Shown here piece after piece: positions 13,720 through 27,763 of a DNA stretch of 64,000 nucleotides. The notes beneath the pieces are model-generated. The model made no database searches and was not told where the DNA came from. It saw nothing but the letters and a program-made list of their open reading frames with translations. The first letter of the stretch is position 1. Each line of letters opens with the position of its first letter. This DNA is from Schmidtea nova (Eukaryota), in NCBI GenBank assembly GCA_044892505.1, contig CM097882.1:405480001-405544000 (forward strand). Reading direction: 5' to 3'. The position numbers were made by a program, and so were the translations under genes.

Positions 13720-16700
13720 ATTGGTGCCCGCCTCAAGTTACAAATCGTTGGTTCTAGATAGGCGAGTTGGTAAGTTTGGGTTTTCGCCGATTCTTTTAGT
13801 TCAGAGCCATTCTGCTATACGAACTTTCTTGATTTGTTGTACCTTGGGTATCTTATTCAATGGTTTTAGGATGGGGTTCAGAGTGTATTTTGGAATAGGA
13901 GTTGGTTGAATATTTATGTCATTCGACTGATCCAATATAGTTGCAGGGATAAACCATGTGTTATCTGGATGAGATGATTGTGTTGGTCTCTGAATTGGAA
14001 TTTGGTTCCGGTTAGATGTTGATTGTAATGTGCTGGGTGATGGGTTTTCAATTTGTAACTGAGTGGCTGAGTGATTGGTTATGAGGGGTGGAGTGATTTC
14101 ATTTTTGATTGAAAGTAATTTCGGTGATGATAAAAATTGATGAGGTAAGCGAACGACGGTCGGGTTATCCTTCTGCAAATTATGGGTTTGTATGGGGTCT
14201 GGAGGATTTGGCGGTGTAAAGTCTTGTGTCTCAGAATGAAATGTAATATTTGTAGGGCTGAGATCTTCTTCCATATAACCAAAAGCTGTCTTGAGACGGG
14301 CTATATTTATAATTGAATATATTCCATTAATGGAAACTTTTGCAGTGCCGTTATCAAATATTTGGAAAAGGGAATACGGTCCTTCATAGCGTGGTTTTAG
14401 GCCAATATCAGTAATTGAAAGGATCCATACATGTGTTGCGCGATCAAAAGATCTGGGAATATATGGTTTGTAAGTGTTAGACATTGAAAAGCTTGGGTTT
14501 GAGTCCAAAGATAGGAAATGATTTTTTGCATCAGCTAGGTTTTCTAAAGTTGGTTCGGAGTTTAGCTCGACGAGTTCGTTTGGTAAAATGACGTTAGTAC
14601 CAAACAGGAGTTGAGCTGGAGAAGAACCGGTTGTTTTTGATGGCGTGTTGCGCCATCCTAGTAGAATAAAAGGTAGGGCCTTTGTCCAGTTCTTTGAAGT
14701 TGAAAGAATTCGGAGGGATGTCTTGAGTGTGCGGTGAAACCGCTCGACAGCTCCATTTGTTTGTGGGTTGTAGGTACTAGTCCTCAGGTGTTTAATTCCT
14801 AGTTGTGCAGAAAGTTGTTTAAAAAGATTGGATTCGAATTGGGGTCCTTGATCGGTTATGAAATGTAGAGGAACACCAAATATCGAGATCCAATGTTCTA
14901 TGATCGCCGATGCTACAATATAGGCAGAAATAGATTTTAAAGGAACAGCAACTGGAAAACGAGTTTTTCTGTCCAGCATGGTTAGTATATGTGTGTAACC
15001 GTTGTCTGGAGGAAGAGGTCCAACAAGATCAACATGCACTACTTCAAAACGGTTTCCAGTTGAAAAGTTATGTAAAGGTGGGCGAGTATGTCTGTGGATT
15101 TTATGTTGTTGACATCCTAAGCAAGATTCACACCAGTCTTTTACGTCCTGTCTCATACTTGGCCAAATGACACGGGAACGGAGTAGATTATATGTTGCAG
15201 ACATGCCCGGATGGTGAAGGTTATGGATGTGGTTGAAAGCTTCGCGCCTTAGCTTTTCTTGCAAGATTGGGCGGATATTTCCAGATAAGGCGTTGTCGTA
15301 ATAGATGCCTTTATCGAAAACCGTTGTATTTTGGAAGAATGACGGGTCTCTTGAGGAAGGTGGTAAAGAACTGAGGACATCATCAGAGAAGATCGGCTCA
15401 GTAGTGATCGCTGCAACAAGATTTCGCGATAGATAATCTGCTATAATATTCTGGCGACCTGGGAGATGAGTGATAGTGAACGCAAATTCTGATAGGTAAC
15501 TAATTTGACGTCCCTGTCTTGGTGAAGGAGTCTTCATTTCCATCATGTGAACTAGAGGTTTATGGTCAGTTTGTATAGAAAAAGATCTGCCTTCGAGGAG
15601 GTAGCGGAAATGGCGGACTGATTCATATATTGCTAACAATTCGCGGTCAAACGTGGAATAGTGTTATTCCTGTGCAGTTAATTTACGTGAAAAAAATTCA
15701 ATTTTCTCCTGACAACCTGTGTTGTTTTGTTCGAGAACTCCAGCAATGCCAATGTTGGACGCACGGGTAGTTAAAAATAGGGGTAGGTTGCTCTTTATGT
15801 AGGACAAAGATTGTGCTGTAGACATTGCGTCCTTGACAGATTGAAAAGCTCTTTCGAGCTCGTCATTCCATGGTAGGAGAGAGTGTTTTGGACCACTACA
15901 AAGAGCAGAAAGATGTGCGGTGACTTCGGATATTCTTGGAATGAATCGGTGACAGAAATTAACAGTTCCTAAGAAGCTGCGCATTTGGGAAACTGTATTT
16001 GGTCGTGAAAAATTGCGGATTGTATCTAGGCGTTCTGGGAGTGGTCTTACTCCGGACGTCGATACAAGGTGCCCAAAGAATTTAATTTCCGATTGAAAGA
16101 AAGAACATTTGTCCAAGTTAATTTGCAAATTGTTATTGTGCAATAACCTGAACACTTCTTTGATATGTTCGAGATGTTCGTTGCATCTTTGGAGCCGATG
16201 AGGATGTCATCGATGTATGCCACCATATATTTCTTGTCCCCTAAAATATTATCAATGTGTCGCTGGAACGTTTGAGCTGCGTTCCGGAGACCGAATGGTA
16301 TGTATTTGTATTCAAACAAGCCAAAAGGGGTAATGACAGCGGTCTTTGGGACGTCTTCTGGTGATACCGGGATTTGGTGGTAAGCCTTTTTTAGATCTAG
16401 GGTGGAGAAGATTGTAGCTTCAGGTAATCTCGAAAGAACGTCTGATATCAGCGGCATGGGGTAAGAGTCATGTATAGTGACTTTGTTAAGGCGTCTGTAG
16501 TCACCGCAGGCGTGGATAGATCCGTCTTTTTTCGTAACCACATGGATGGGTGATGCCCAAGGGGAATTTGATCGGTGGTTAGTACCGGCTTCGAGTAGCT
16601 TATTGAATTCTTTTTTGACAAGTGTGAGCTTCTCGGGCGCGAGTGGTTGCATGCGTTCTCTAATAGGCATACCGTTATTGGTGACTATGACGTGTAAAAA

Positions 16701-18540
16701 AGAAGGAGTTTGTTGGTGATTGTTTGATCTCTTTTCGACGTTTGGAAAAGTCTTTAGTAGTTGTTTTATATAGCAAGGTGTGGCGGGTAAGACATTGAGA
16801 GCGTCGCTACAGAGATGGTCAAGAACTTGAGCTCTAGGTGTGTGCTGTGAAAGGATTAATTTGCGTTCTCTGCAATCAGGTAGTAAACCTTCAGCATCAA
16901 GAAAATCGGCACCTAAGAGTGGATGGATCACCTCGGCGACTTGGAATGTCCATGAAAAAGTTTTAGACAGTCCAGGAATTCGGAATACTAAGTTCTTGGT
17001 TCCAATAGTGGAAAAGTTTTCGCCACTGGCTGTCCGGAAAGACCTTTTTTGGTTATTATCAATTCCGAACCGATTAGGTAAGAATGAAATGATAGAGCCG
17101 CTATCGATAACGAAGTGGATGGGGGCATCGACTTCGTTAGAGTTCTGGGTATGAGGTACGGCGGAAACGGAAAAGAGTCCACAGGTAATGGGATCGCCAT
17201 CAAAAACTGTGGGGGAGTTCGATGGCGGCTTCAGTTTTCCGAAGGCTTATTGAATGAATTTTGATTAATTTTACTGGTATTGTGATTACCAGTATGGAAA
17301 CGGCAGCCTTCCAAGCATGTTTTGGCCTCGGTCTTAAATATTGCGTGGTAGATGCAAAGGTTGCGAGGCAGGCATGTTGGAAATCGGTTGTTCCACCTAC
17401 AACCGACATAACAATGCTGGGCTTTGTCTCCATACGTCTTATGGTAAGAGCATATGAGACCTCGTGCAGATGTGGACCGATGTCGTTTTTGGTTGTTGTC
17501 ACGACTGTCTGTTCGACTTCGACCTCGGGTGTGTAGACTTGCGTCTAAATTGTCCATCCTCGATGTTAAAGCAGCTATGGCGCTCACTAGGGCTCCGAAT
17601 GCAGCGTGTGGGAGGCTTGTTGTTGCGACTACCGGTGATGGGGTAACGGGTGAAGTGTTGATTTCAACGATCTTGTCGGCAATTTTGGCCAGTTCTTCCA
17701 ATGTTGTATTTGGAACAACGGCCAGAATGGACTGGGCTGATGTAGGTAATGCTTTTAAAAAGAACCTACGGAGCAGAGCGTCGTCTTTGGTAAGATCAGC
17801 CTGGATCCTCTCGAGTTGTTCCTTGGCTCGTTTCAGGAAGGCGCTTGGTCTTTCATTATTGAGAGGTTGATTTTGGAACCAAGCCTCATACAAATGGTCT
17901 AATTTTGGGCTGTAAGCGTCTAACACTGCCGATTTCATTGAAATGTAGGACTCACTTGCAGTGGCTGCGGTTGCAATGGCGGTGGACAATGTGGTGTAAA
18001 TGGTGCTTGGAAGCATGGACAAGAGTGCACCAAACTTCTGTCCTTGAGATTGAGTGGGTAGAAAAGTTGGAGTCACTTCTAATGCCAGGAACCACGTTTG
18101 TGGGGAGCCAACGCCGTCTAGGAAAAACGGTATTGGGGTAATAACTGGCGCTGGTTGTTGTATTGGCGGTTGAATGTGGCTGATTTCGCAGTTTGTGTTA
18201 TTATTGTCAGTTTGCATTCCTCCAGTCAAACGAGGGACGATGTCGAAATAGGTGATGATGACTGGGGTATGTGCCGAAGATTGGGACTTCCTGACGAAGA
18301 AATGGCGGTGCGTTTCTCTTGGGACACCAATTGATAGGAGCAATGAAGTCATTGAGGTCAATTGTGACTTCGTCGGACACAGAGGGGTCATATCCGGAAG
18401 TCTTGTTATGACACCGGAAGAGAAACTTGTGTGATACTTGCGTCCTCTCAATGTTTAAAAAACCGGTTGGTCTTATGATGTGGCTTCCATGCACCTTCAA
18501 TACGGTTAGTCCCGCCCAGGGTTGTAGCGCCCTCATTTGG
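13720..18540 (-). mobile_element. Ty3/Gypsy retrotransposon, near-complete internal region, frameshifted, LTRs truncated
   Basis: Gag 17231-~18220; protease IDSGSIISF ~17080-17110; RT 16047-16931 with YIDD; RNase H. Integrase in 13801-15639 has HHCC, D-D-E (VHVDLVG, ITDQG, VERFH) and GPY. PBS-like TGGTGTCCC at 18321-18329 and PPT-like GAGGCGGG at ~13726-13733. Confidence 0.93.
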
Positions 18541-19538
18541 GAAGGGATAGAAAAAGTAATAGAGAACCTCAACCTAATCCAAGATTTAAAGGTGAATTTA
18601 CAAGAGAACATCGATATAATATTTCAAATGGATGGAAACCTGTGAATAGAAGTAATCTTTATAATACCAGGGAATTTCATTCACGAGATCATGCTCGAAC
18701 AAATCAAATTTTACGATGTTGGGCGTGCCGCGAAGAAGGCCATAGAAGATCTGAATGCCCCAATATTCAATGTGCCCATTGTAAAAGATCAGGACATTTC
18801 AAACATCAGTGCCATGAGTTATTTCCAGTCAGACGACGAAATTTCCATAAATCAGTGGCCGCATTCGGTGACGAGGATCCATAGGCTGTTTTTGAGTACC
18901 CAAACGGGAATGCTCCACCACACGAGGAGGTGATCGGAGCAATAAATTTAAGGTAATTAATGATGTGAGTAAGGATTGTATGACTTTGAATGATTGTGAT
19001 AGTTTGAATGATAACTGTTGTGATTGTGTTTTTGATTATAGAAATTATACTAATATATACATTGATAAATTTTGTATGGATGAACTTTTTAAAGACCCCC
19101 CTCTAACTTCTAATAAAATAAATGTTTTTAATCGTGATAAACGGAATGATATAATAGGATACGATAAAATTCAAGGAAGGCCCAGTGTTACCGTGATGAT
19201 TAATAGTGTAAAATTAGTATGTCTATTAGATACTGGAGCTAAAATAAGTGTGATTGATTATCATATTTTTAAAAAACTTGGAAACTTGAGTATGACTACA
19301 AGTAATTTAAAATTAAGATTCGCGAATGATAGCCCGATTGAAATTTGCGGTAAAACTTTATTAAATGTAAAAATTGATAAAATGTCTGAAATTAAAAAAG
19401 TAGAATTCGTTGTAGCCAAAGATATAAACCCAAAGTTAATAGGAGGTATAGATTTTCTCGAAAGATTTGGAATGCAATTAAAAATTAATAAATGTGAAGA
19501 CGAAATAAATGCAATTATGGAAAATTCATTTAATAAAC

Positions 19539-20205
19539 CAGGGTTGCCAGACTTTGAAAACATCATGTCGGGAGTAACGAAAAAAAAATAATTCGACTGG
19601 TCTTTTTTTAGTTTATTTTTTTTATACAGAAATTAAAAAGATACCTAATTCAAATGCTATTAAACAAAAAAAATTAAATCAATAAAATAAAACAAACAAA
19701 TAAAAAATCAAAAAATTAACAAAAAAAACGATATATATATATATATTTATATATATTTATATATTTATATATATTTATAGATATATATATATATATTTAT
19801 ATAATGTGTTAAATATTACGTAGACGCACCGAGATTTATTTTAATTTTATTCAATATAAATTATATTTAGCTTCCTATCCTAATTGTATGATTGTATCAC
19901 TTAATTTATTTAATATTTTGTTCCAAACGACTATTTTAATTAATTTAGATTCTTAAAATACACAAATAAACAATAAGTAAATTTAGACATCAGAACAATA
20001 CTTATAGGCAAAACACAATGCGCAAAATGTCAAAAAAAGTTCACTATTTTCACCCAATAGGCATTACTTCAAAATGTTAAGTGATGACAACTGATGAAAA
20101 AACTTAATTTACAAATCGGGAGTTTTTGGCATGTATATCAGGAGTCGGGAAATATACTTTCATAACGGGAGACTCCCGACGAAATCGGGAGGTCTGGCAA
20201 CCCTG
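19539..20205. mobile_element. hAT-type MITE inserted in Gypsy pol
   Basis: TIRs CAGGGTTGCCAGAC / GTCTGGCAACCCTG with a perfect 8-bp TSD TAATAAAC (19531-19538, 20206-20213). Excision rejoins ENSFNK|HMSEDK in frame. Confidence 0.93.
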
Positions 20206-22040
20206 TAATAAACACATGAGTGAAGATAAGATAATAAATAATCTAATTTCCACATTTGACGGCATTTTTATGAAACATAAATGGGATGTTGGGAAAACCG
20301 AACTATTAAAGCATGAAATACTTACTAAAGGTAGCCCGATTGTAATAAACCCAAGACGACAACCGATTCATTTAATAGAGAAAATTGAAGAAAATATTCA
20401 AGAAATGTTGAAATATGGCATTATATCAGAATGTACATCTCCTTGGAATTCTCCATTAGTATGTGTTAAAAAGAAAACAGCAGTGATATAAGAATATGTT
20501 TGGATTATCGTGCTTTAAATAATGTAACAGAAAGACCGATTTTTCCCATCCCAAATACAGATGAATTATTAGATATTCTTGACGGAGCAAATTTTTCTCG
20601 ACAATTGATTTAGGCAATGCTTTTTAGCAAGTAGAACTCGACGAGGCTTCAAAATTAAAAACAGCATTCTTGACAAAAGCAAGCAATATTACTTTAACAG
20701 AATGTCATTTGGAATAGCCGCCGCACCAGCAACATTTCAAAGACTTATAAATTTGGTTCTTGGAGAATTAAATTGGAATGGAACAATTGTATATCTGGAT
20801 GATATCCTTATATTTTCAAAGACATTGAATGAACATTATAGCACCATTGAAAAGGTTTTTCAAAAGATTAAATTAGCAAATCTTAAAATAAGTCCAGCAA
20901 AATGTCAATTCAAAAGGAAAGAAGTAAAATCTTTGGGTCATATCATTAGTAAAAATGGAATACGTACGGATGAAAGCAAGATTGAAACTATTAAAAATTT
21001 TGAAAGACTTAAATGCGTAAAAAGCTTGAGAGGATTTTTAGGCCTGGTAAAATGATTATCACAGATTTATAGAAAATTACACCAAAGATTCCAAAGTATT
21101 AGTAGCGTTATGTGGAAGTAAACAAAAGAAGCTTATGTGGACTGATGAGTGTGAAACTTCATTTCAAAATTTAAAACTGAAATTAACGTCTACGTTTGTA
21201 TTGAAGTTTCCAGATTTTTCTAAACCATTCATTTCGATACAGGTGCAAGTTTTGACCGCATCGGTGCTGTTCTTTTTCAAAAAGATGAAAATAAAGAAAG
21301 AGTAATCGCATATGGATCCCGAGCTATGAATAAGCACGAATTAGGCTATTGTATAACAAGAAAGGAATTACTATCTATATTTTATTTTACTGGTCATTTT
21401 AAGCACTATTTATATGGTAAAAAGTTTATTTTGAGAACGGATCACAAAGCCATTACTTTTATGATGAAGACAAAGAAAGCTATTACTCCACAATTTCAAA
21501 CTTGGATTAACCATCTTAGTGGTCTGGACATGGAGATTCAATACAGAAAAGGTGATAACCACAATAATGCCGACGCTCTATCTAGAAAAGAATGTGAAAC
21601 ATGTGTTCAATGACAAATGATTCATGAAAATCCTAAAATGGGTAAATTAAAAACAAGATTGTTGACAATATTGAAAATATTGAAAATAAATGGCAAAAGA
21701 ACTCAAGAGAAATTAAAAATATAAAAGAAAATATTAGTATGATGCCAGATAAAACATTTTTTAAATATATCAACGGAGTGATCATGACCAATAATAATAA
21801 AATTTGGATTCCAGAGGAATACATGTCCAAATTCATCATAGAATATCATAAAAAGCTCTGTCACGCGGGTGCTAAAAAAGTAAAAATGTACGTATCAAAC
21901 AATTTTCATATGAAAGATTTGGAGCAATCTATTCGTAATGTTGTACAAGCTTGTGAAAACTGTCTGAAAAGAAAGGTTGATATAACTAAAACAAAAGAAG
22001 AAATAATTTGCAAAAGTGATTCGAAATTATTTGAAACAAT

Positions 22041-25000
22041 TGTTGGGCAAAAACTACAATTGTTTTAATTAAGCGATAACCCCATAGGTAGAGAGCGCGC
22101 AAGATTTAGTTTCAACCCTTATATCCATTAAAAATCCAAGCGATTAAGTGGAAAACACGAAAAGGTGAAGTGGACTCAAAACACATCAACAAGTAGAGAA
22201 CGCGCTAGCTATGAGTCTGAAAGCCCTTACATTGAAACCTCGAGAAAAATCAAATGCCATCAAAAGAAGAACGTTTAAAAGTTAGAATAGGCGGAAAACC
22301 CATTGAAAATACCCATAAAATACGGAATTGTGTTATAAAACCTTCATGCAGAAAAAATTAACAAAAACTTTAGCCGAAAATTGTGATTTTAGCAAAATAT
22401 TTCACATTAACAATAAAAAGAAATAATATTAATTGAAATATCGTAAATTAAATCAAATCGAACAAATTTCGATTCAAAAACAAAAATTTTGAATTAAAAT
22501 AAACTATTTGTGTTTTGCAAAAAATTATTACACAAAAATATGGATTTAATTTTCGGAAAATCATTAGAATAAAATTAAAAAAATTAAAAGGAAAATTCTA
22601 GAATAATTTGTTTTATTACACTACTGAAGGTAACGCAAAATCGATGGTATATATACCGCCATCAAAATGGAATTTTTCAGAATTTGTGAAAAATTTTTTC
22701 TATTCAGAAATTGTGAAAAGTTTATGCCAAAAAAGTTATAAATTTTAAATTTCCGAAAAAAGAAGATCGTAAGTCTCGTTCTTTTGTTGGTGCGGGGTCA
22801 TCGAACACCATGCCTGTCCGATTACCCCGTACCGGTAATATTTTTATATTTTTTAGTATATTATATTATTATTGTTATATTATTTTATGATTATTGAATA
22901 ACTATTAAAATTTTTACTGTTCATTTCTTTATTTTTTTTTGTTTTGTCACAAAATCTCAGAGTTAAATTCACAAAGATATTATCATAACAAATGATAAAA
23001 GTAAATAAATAAATTTTTTTTTGCTTCCGTACCCCCTGAAGCCTGTGTCTGGCCTTGTGCCGATCGGGTGGAAGTAGCCTGAGCGGATCGCTGGTTCGAT
23101 ACGTAAATTGATCAGCCCATATTTCCGAGTCCAGGTGAATAGCCTAACCATCCATGATCACTTCATCCCAACTGGGGAACAGTGACTTGGCCAAAGGCAA
23201 GGTGTTATATTAATGATATCTAATTTATAATAAATGTAGTTTATCTGAATCTATAATTTCTGACATATTTATTTTAAAAAAAAAAAAAATTAATACCACA
23301 TGTGAACGTAAAGACCAATCTCTCCAGCAACATCTTTTCCATTAGGAAAAATAATTTATGCAAGAACATTTTACTCGTCGTCGCCTTCACTCTCGCAACA
23401 ACTGTCATCTTATCCGAAACGCAAGTAAATGGAAGCTAATGTTGGAAAAGAATCATATGAAATAATGCTCAAAACTGATATAATGATCATGAAATGAAAT
23501 GAATTTAGGACAAGTATTGATTGATCTGAATTAAAACTCATTCATTATATAAATAAATTTTCTCTGGTGAATCTTGTTTTCGGAAGCCTGAAGTTCCTAA
23601 GTGAAGTGTCCCGAAAAATTAGCGCGCACTTTGGTTGGGAAATTCATGCTCGGACGAAACCGAAATTTACTTTACTTGATGTTAAAAATATTCGTTGAAA
23701 AATTTATAACTTATTTTATTTTTATTTTTATTTAGCATATAAAAACTTTTTAGATTAAATGCTTATTTGGATTTCTAAATTGATGGATAAAAATTTATTA
23801 TTATGTGGATTTCGTTTTGATCAAAAAATAAAAATTTGCTTTTATTATATTGAAAAAATTTTTATAATGAAAAATTGTAAACCAAAAATTTTCCTAATAT
23901 TGTTATGATATAAAAGATTTTGTCATTTTATAAAATTCCTAAGAGTTTATAAATCAAAACTTATATTGAAACCCATAAAAATTTTAAATCGAGAATATTA
24001 TTATTATATTGAAAATTTTATCATTTTATAAAATCCAAAATTTCGAAATTTTATANNNNNNNNNNNNNNNNNNNNNNNNNNNNNNNNNNNNNNNNNNNNN
24101 NNNNNNNNNNNNNNNNNNNNNNNNNNNNNNNNNNNNNNNNNNNNNNNNNNNNNNNNNNNNNNNNNNNNNNNNNNNNNNNNNNNNNNNNNNTATAAAAATG
24201 TATATTATAAAAATTAGAAATTTTATTATTATATTATTTTCATAAAATTATAAATTGAAAATTTATAAAAAGTATTATAAAAATGTATATTATAAAAATT
24301 AGAAATTTTATTATTATATTACTTTCATAAAATTATAAATCTAAAATTTTTAAAAAGTATTATAAAAATGTGTATTATAAAAATTAGAAATTTTATCATT
24401 ATTTAATTTTCATAAAATTATAAATTTAAAATTTGTAAAAAGTATTATAAAAATTATTATTATTATTTTAATATAAAAATTATTATTATTATTTTAATTT
24501 TAAAAATATTTTATATAATTTATATATAGTATATTATAATTACCCCCACGATATCTCAAAATCATAACACATCCCTATTTGCAAAAAATTACATCCATTT
24601 CATTGCAATAACATTTCCCATACTAATACACAAGCAACATACATTTAAAATACAATATACACACATACACAGTATCATTTATTAGCATTCAATAGTTATA
24701 TACACACAAGCAAACCATACCGAAAAATCTACACAGTTATGTTAGTTAGCATCATACATCCAGTCAAACCTACAAGCATTCATACAATCACATCCATTCA
24801 CTGAACTATTTTTTTCCTAACATACACTCACAAATAAGCATGACAATAGAAAGTATATCCTTAATATTATACATACACACCCACTCGAAAATCAACAATC
24901 TACCTCCTATACCGAAATGTCATTACAAAATACAGCATACTATAGTCAAATGTTTTACAAAAATTATTAACCATATATATTTAAATTTAAATTAGTGGTT

Positions 25001-26176
25001 TTTCCCTCATCAACTTCCTACGGAAAATTTCCCCGTCAATTAATATTCCTAAGAACTATACCAGATCCATTTTCAAGCATACCGGAATGTTTCGAACTAA
25101 CAATACCAGCACGCATCTCTCCAGTCAGTTTACCATTCGACGCACCATTAAATAAAAGTTTTACAATTCTATTGTCATAAAAAGAAGTTAAAAATACTAT
25201 ATTAAAAAAGAAAAACATTTTATTTTTAAATCATTAAAAATATGATAAACTAATTTCAGTTAAAAGTTTTTTTTTTATAATTGGCGATTCTTCATCATAG
25301 CATCCAGAATTTCGTTGAAGCGAGAATTTTCTTGTCACCCTTGCTGTTCCAAATTTCGATTCATTTTCTTCAAAACTTCTAAATTTAAAATAAATCAGAT
25401 TAATGATAATTTTTATAAATATTAACTTTGCGATAGAATTGGCATTTGTGCTTCGTATGGGAAGAAATTTGAGTCTCTTTTGAATTATTCTCGGGGAGAG
25501 AGTCCGTGTCTGTTTCCACATCCCCCGACGATGCCAGCCTGTTGTTTATCTAAAAGTTAAATCGTTTTTAATAGTATAATTCATATTATATAACTTACTC
25601 CTGATGATTTTTTGGAATTTCGTTTTTCCTTGAAGATGAATATTAGTGATTTTAAACAAGGGAAATTTATTTTGGTTTAATTTATAAATAAAATTTTCGT
25701 GTATACGAATGAAAATTAAGGTCTTAGAATTTCAAATATAAATTGAAAATTTATTGTAAGGAATTTTTATTTTATTATTTATCATTCATTTCGATATTCT
25801 AAAATTTAAGGTTATGTTAGTGTTTTTGATGCGCGGAATAATTTATTTGGATGCAATAATGAATTTATAGTTATGTAAAATATTTGTGTTCAATTTCCGA
25901 TGAAAATTTTTATTGAAAGCTTATAGATAAATCGTCGAAGAAGGGACAAAATGGGCAGGAAACCTTCTATCGGTAGCCCTTGGACCCAGGAGATATTCGG
26001 TCAATCATAGTTTCGTATTGACGACGCTCACTGATTGCGAATACCCACCCATTTGTTACAGTACCAACGTTACATAGTGACGGGTAACAAGATGGTAATT
26101 TCAATGTTTTATGTGTTGAGTTGTTGATGAGAGCCATAGTAACGTCAAGGTCATATTGACGATCAACAACCCACCA
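22041..26176. mobile_element. ~4.1-kb non-coding insertion with TG..CA ends, putative solo LTR of a giant Gypsy element
   Basis: Ends TGTTGGG...CCCACCA; 4-bp TSD CAAT (22037-22040, 26177-26180). Removal restores integrase FETI|YVNFCGPLQLAMRGERY. Contains an N-gap and an ~85-bp AT-rich tandem repeat (24191-24460). Confidence 0.75.
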
Positions 26177-27529
26177 CAATCTATGTAAATTTTTGTGGTC
26201 CATTACAACTTGCAATGAGAGGAGAAAGATATATTCTTGGGATTATAGATCATCATAGTAAGTTTATTTCTTTACATGCAGTAAAATCGCAAGATGAAAA
26301 AACAGTGGTAAGATTACTGAAAGAAGAGTGGATAATGAAGTTTGGTTCACCAAGGATAATAAACTGTGACGGAGGTAAATCATTTGAATCAAAGCTAATG
26401 AAAGATTTTGCAGTATTCCACAAAATTGAAATTAATTATTCAAGTCCATATCATCATTCAGCAAATGGACAGATTGAGAGACAATTCCGTACAATTATAG
26501 ATGCAATACAGATAACACTCAAAGATAAAAGACATAAATCATGGGTAGATATTCTTCCCGAAGTACAGTTTATTATGAATTCAACGTTTCAAAAAACTAT
26601 TAGAAAGACTCCAGCTGAAATGGTGTTTGGGAAAAAGATCTTTAGTGAATGGTTCTCAGAAACTTTGGAAGAATGAAAAATCAATCAGACGACAAATCGT
26701 GAATTTCAAATTAGAGATTGCGTGTTGATCAAAGTAAATGTTCGAAATAAAGGTGATAATGGATACATGGGTCCAGGTGTAATTACTAAAAAGATTCATG
26801 ATCGAAGTTATGAAATAAAATTGGAAAATGGAAGTGCCGTCACGAGAAATATTGAGTGGTTAAAGATTTTTAAAAAAGGGGGGATGTGAGGCGTTTTTGT
26901 AATTTGTATTAAAATATAATGGTATGACGCTGTGCATGTTCGATTGTATGTTGAAATCCTTACTTATACAATAATTATATTTTTAGAAACTCTTCAAACA
27001 AATTAACGTTATAATTTGTTTTAATAATATTGGATTTTAAATTAATAAACGTGTTATTATAATTTGTCTTATGGATTCAATTAATACCCGTAGTGCTGTG
27101 GCTAATATTTACCTTAATAAGCTCTTAGATTTATAAAAACACTGGTCACTTTAACACTCAACAAATTTGACGTTTAAAACGTAATTTAGATATTATTCAG
27201 GATCGAAAAACTTTCAACTATGTAAAAACGAAATTCAAATGAGTCGGATTCTCATTTATCGTACCTACGTTAGAATACCGATGCACGTGCTACGCGACTG
27301 GGATTCACCGTATTCCGAGCGGCTTTAGCACAGAACACAACACACGCTACTATTCTGAATTTCTTTTTTTCAAATACAAAATCACATTTGTAGAGAGAAA
27401 GAGAGCTAGAGGCATAGAGAACATGGATAAACAAATGAAAAACGAATGCATGCTTTTTCCTACGCAGTTTTTTAATACACATATTTATATCTATAAAAAT
27501 ATTTTTTTATTTTCTTTTGTGAATTTATA

Positions 27530-27608
27530 CGTTAGGCGCTTTTTTGCGCCCCTCTCAGTTGGCGACCATGGCACGTGCCATACCTGCTATACTCTAGTTA
27601 CGCCACTG
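27530..27608. mobile_element. Orphan end of a hAT-type MITE
   Basis: Ends TAGTTACGCCACTG (reverse complement CAGTGGCGTAACTA) after GCGCCCC-type subterminal motifs; no partner end found. Confidence 0.45.
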
Positions 27609-27763
27609 AACTTACGACAATTGAATGTAAAATATTCATTTTTATAAATTGTGGAATATTTATCCACAAATTGACTGCATTACAAAAGCAATTTCTAAAA
27701 TTATAAATGAAACACCTTGTGATGCTTATTTTTCTTAACGAAATATATAATTTATCGCTTTAA

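Larger units (their letters stand above)
18541..27163 (+). mobile_element. Ty3/Gypsy retrotransposon, 5'-truncated, interrupted by two insertions, with PPT and 3' LTR
   Basis: Gag knuckles CWACREEGHRRSEC and CAHCKRSGHFKHQC; protease LLDTGA; RT YLDD (20702-21055); RNase H (21326-21613); integrase split between 21739-22040 and 26177-26676. PPT AAAAAAGGGGGGA ends at 26884. LTR runs from TGTGAG at 26885 to a probable end CTCAACA at ~27163. Confidence 0.92.
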
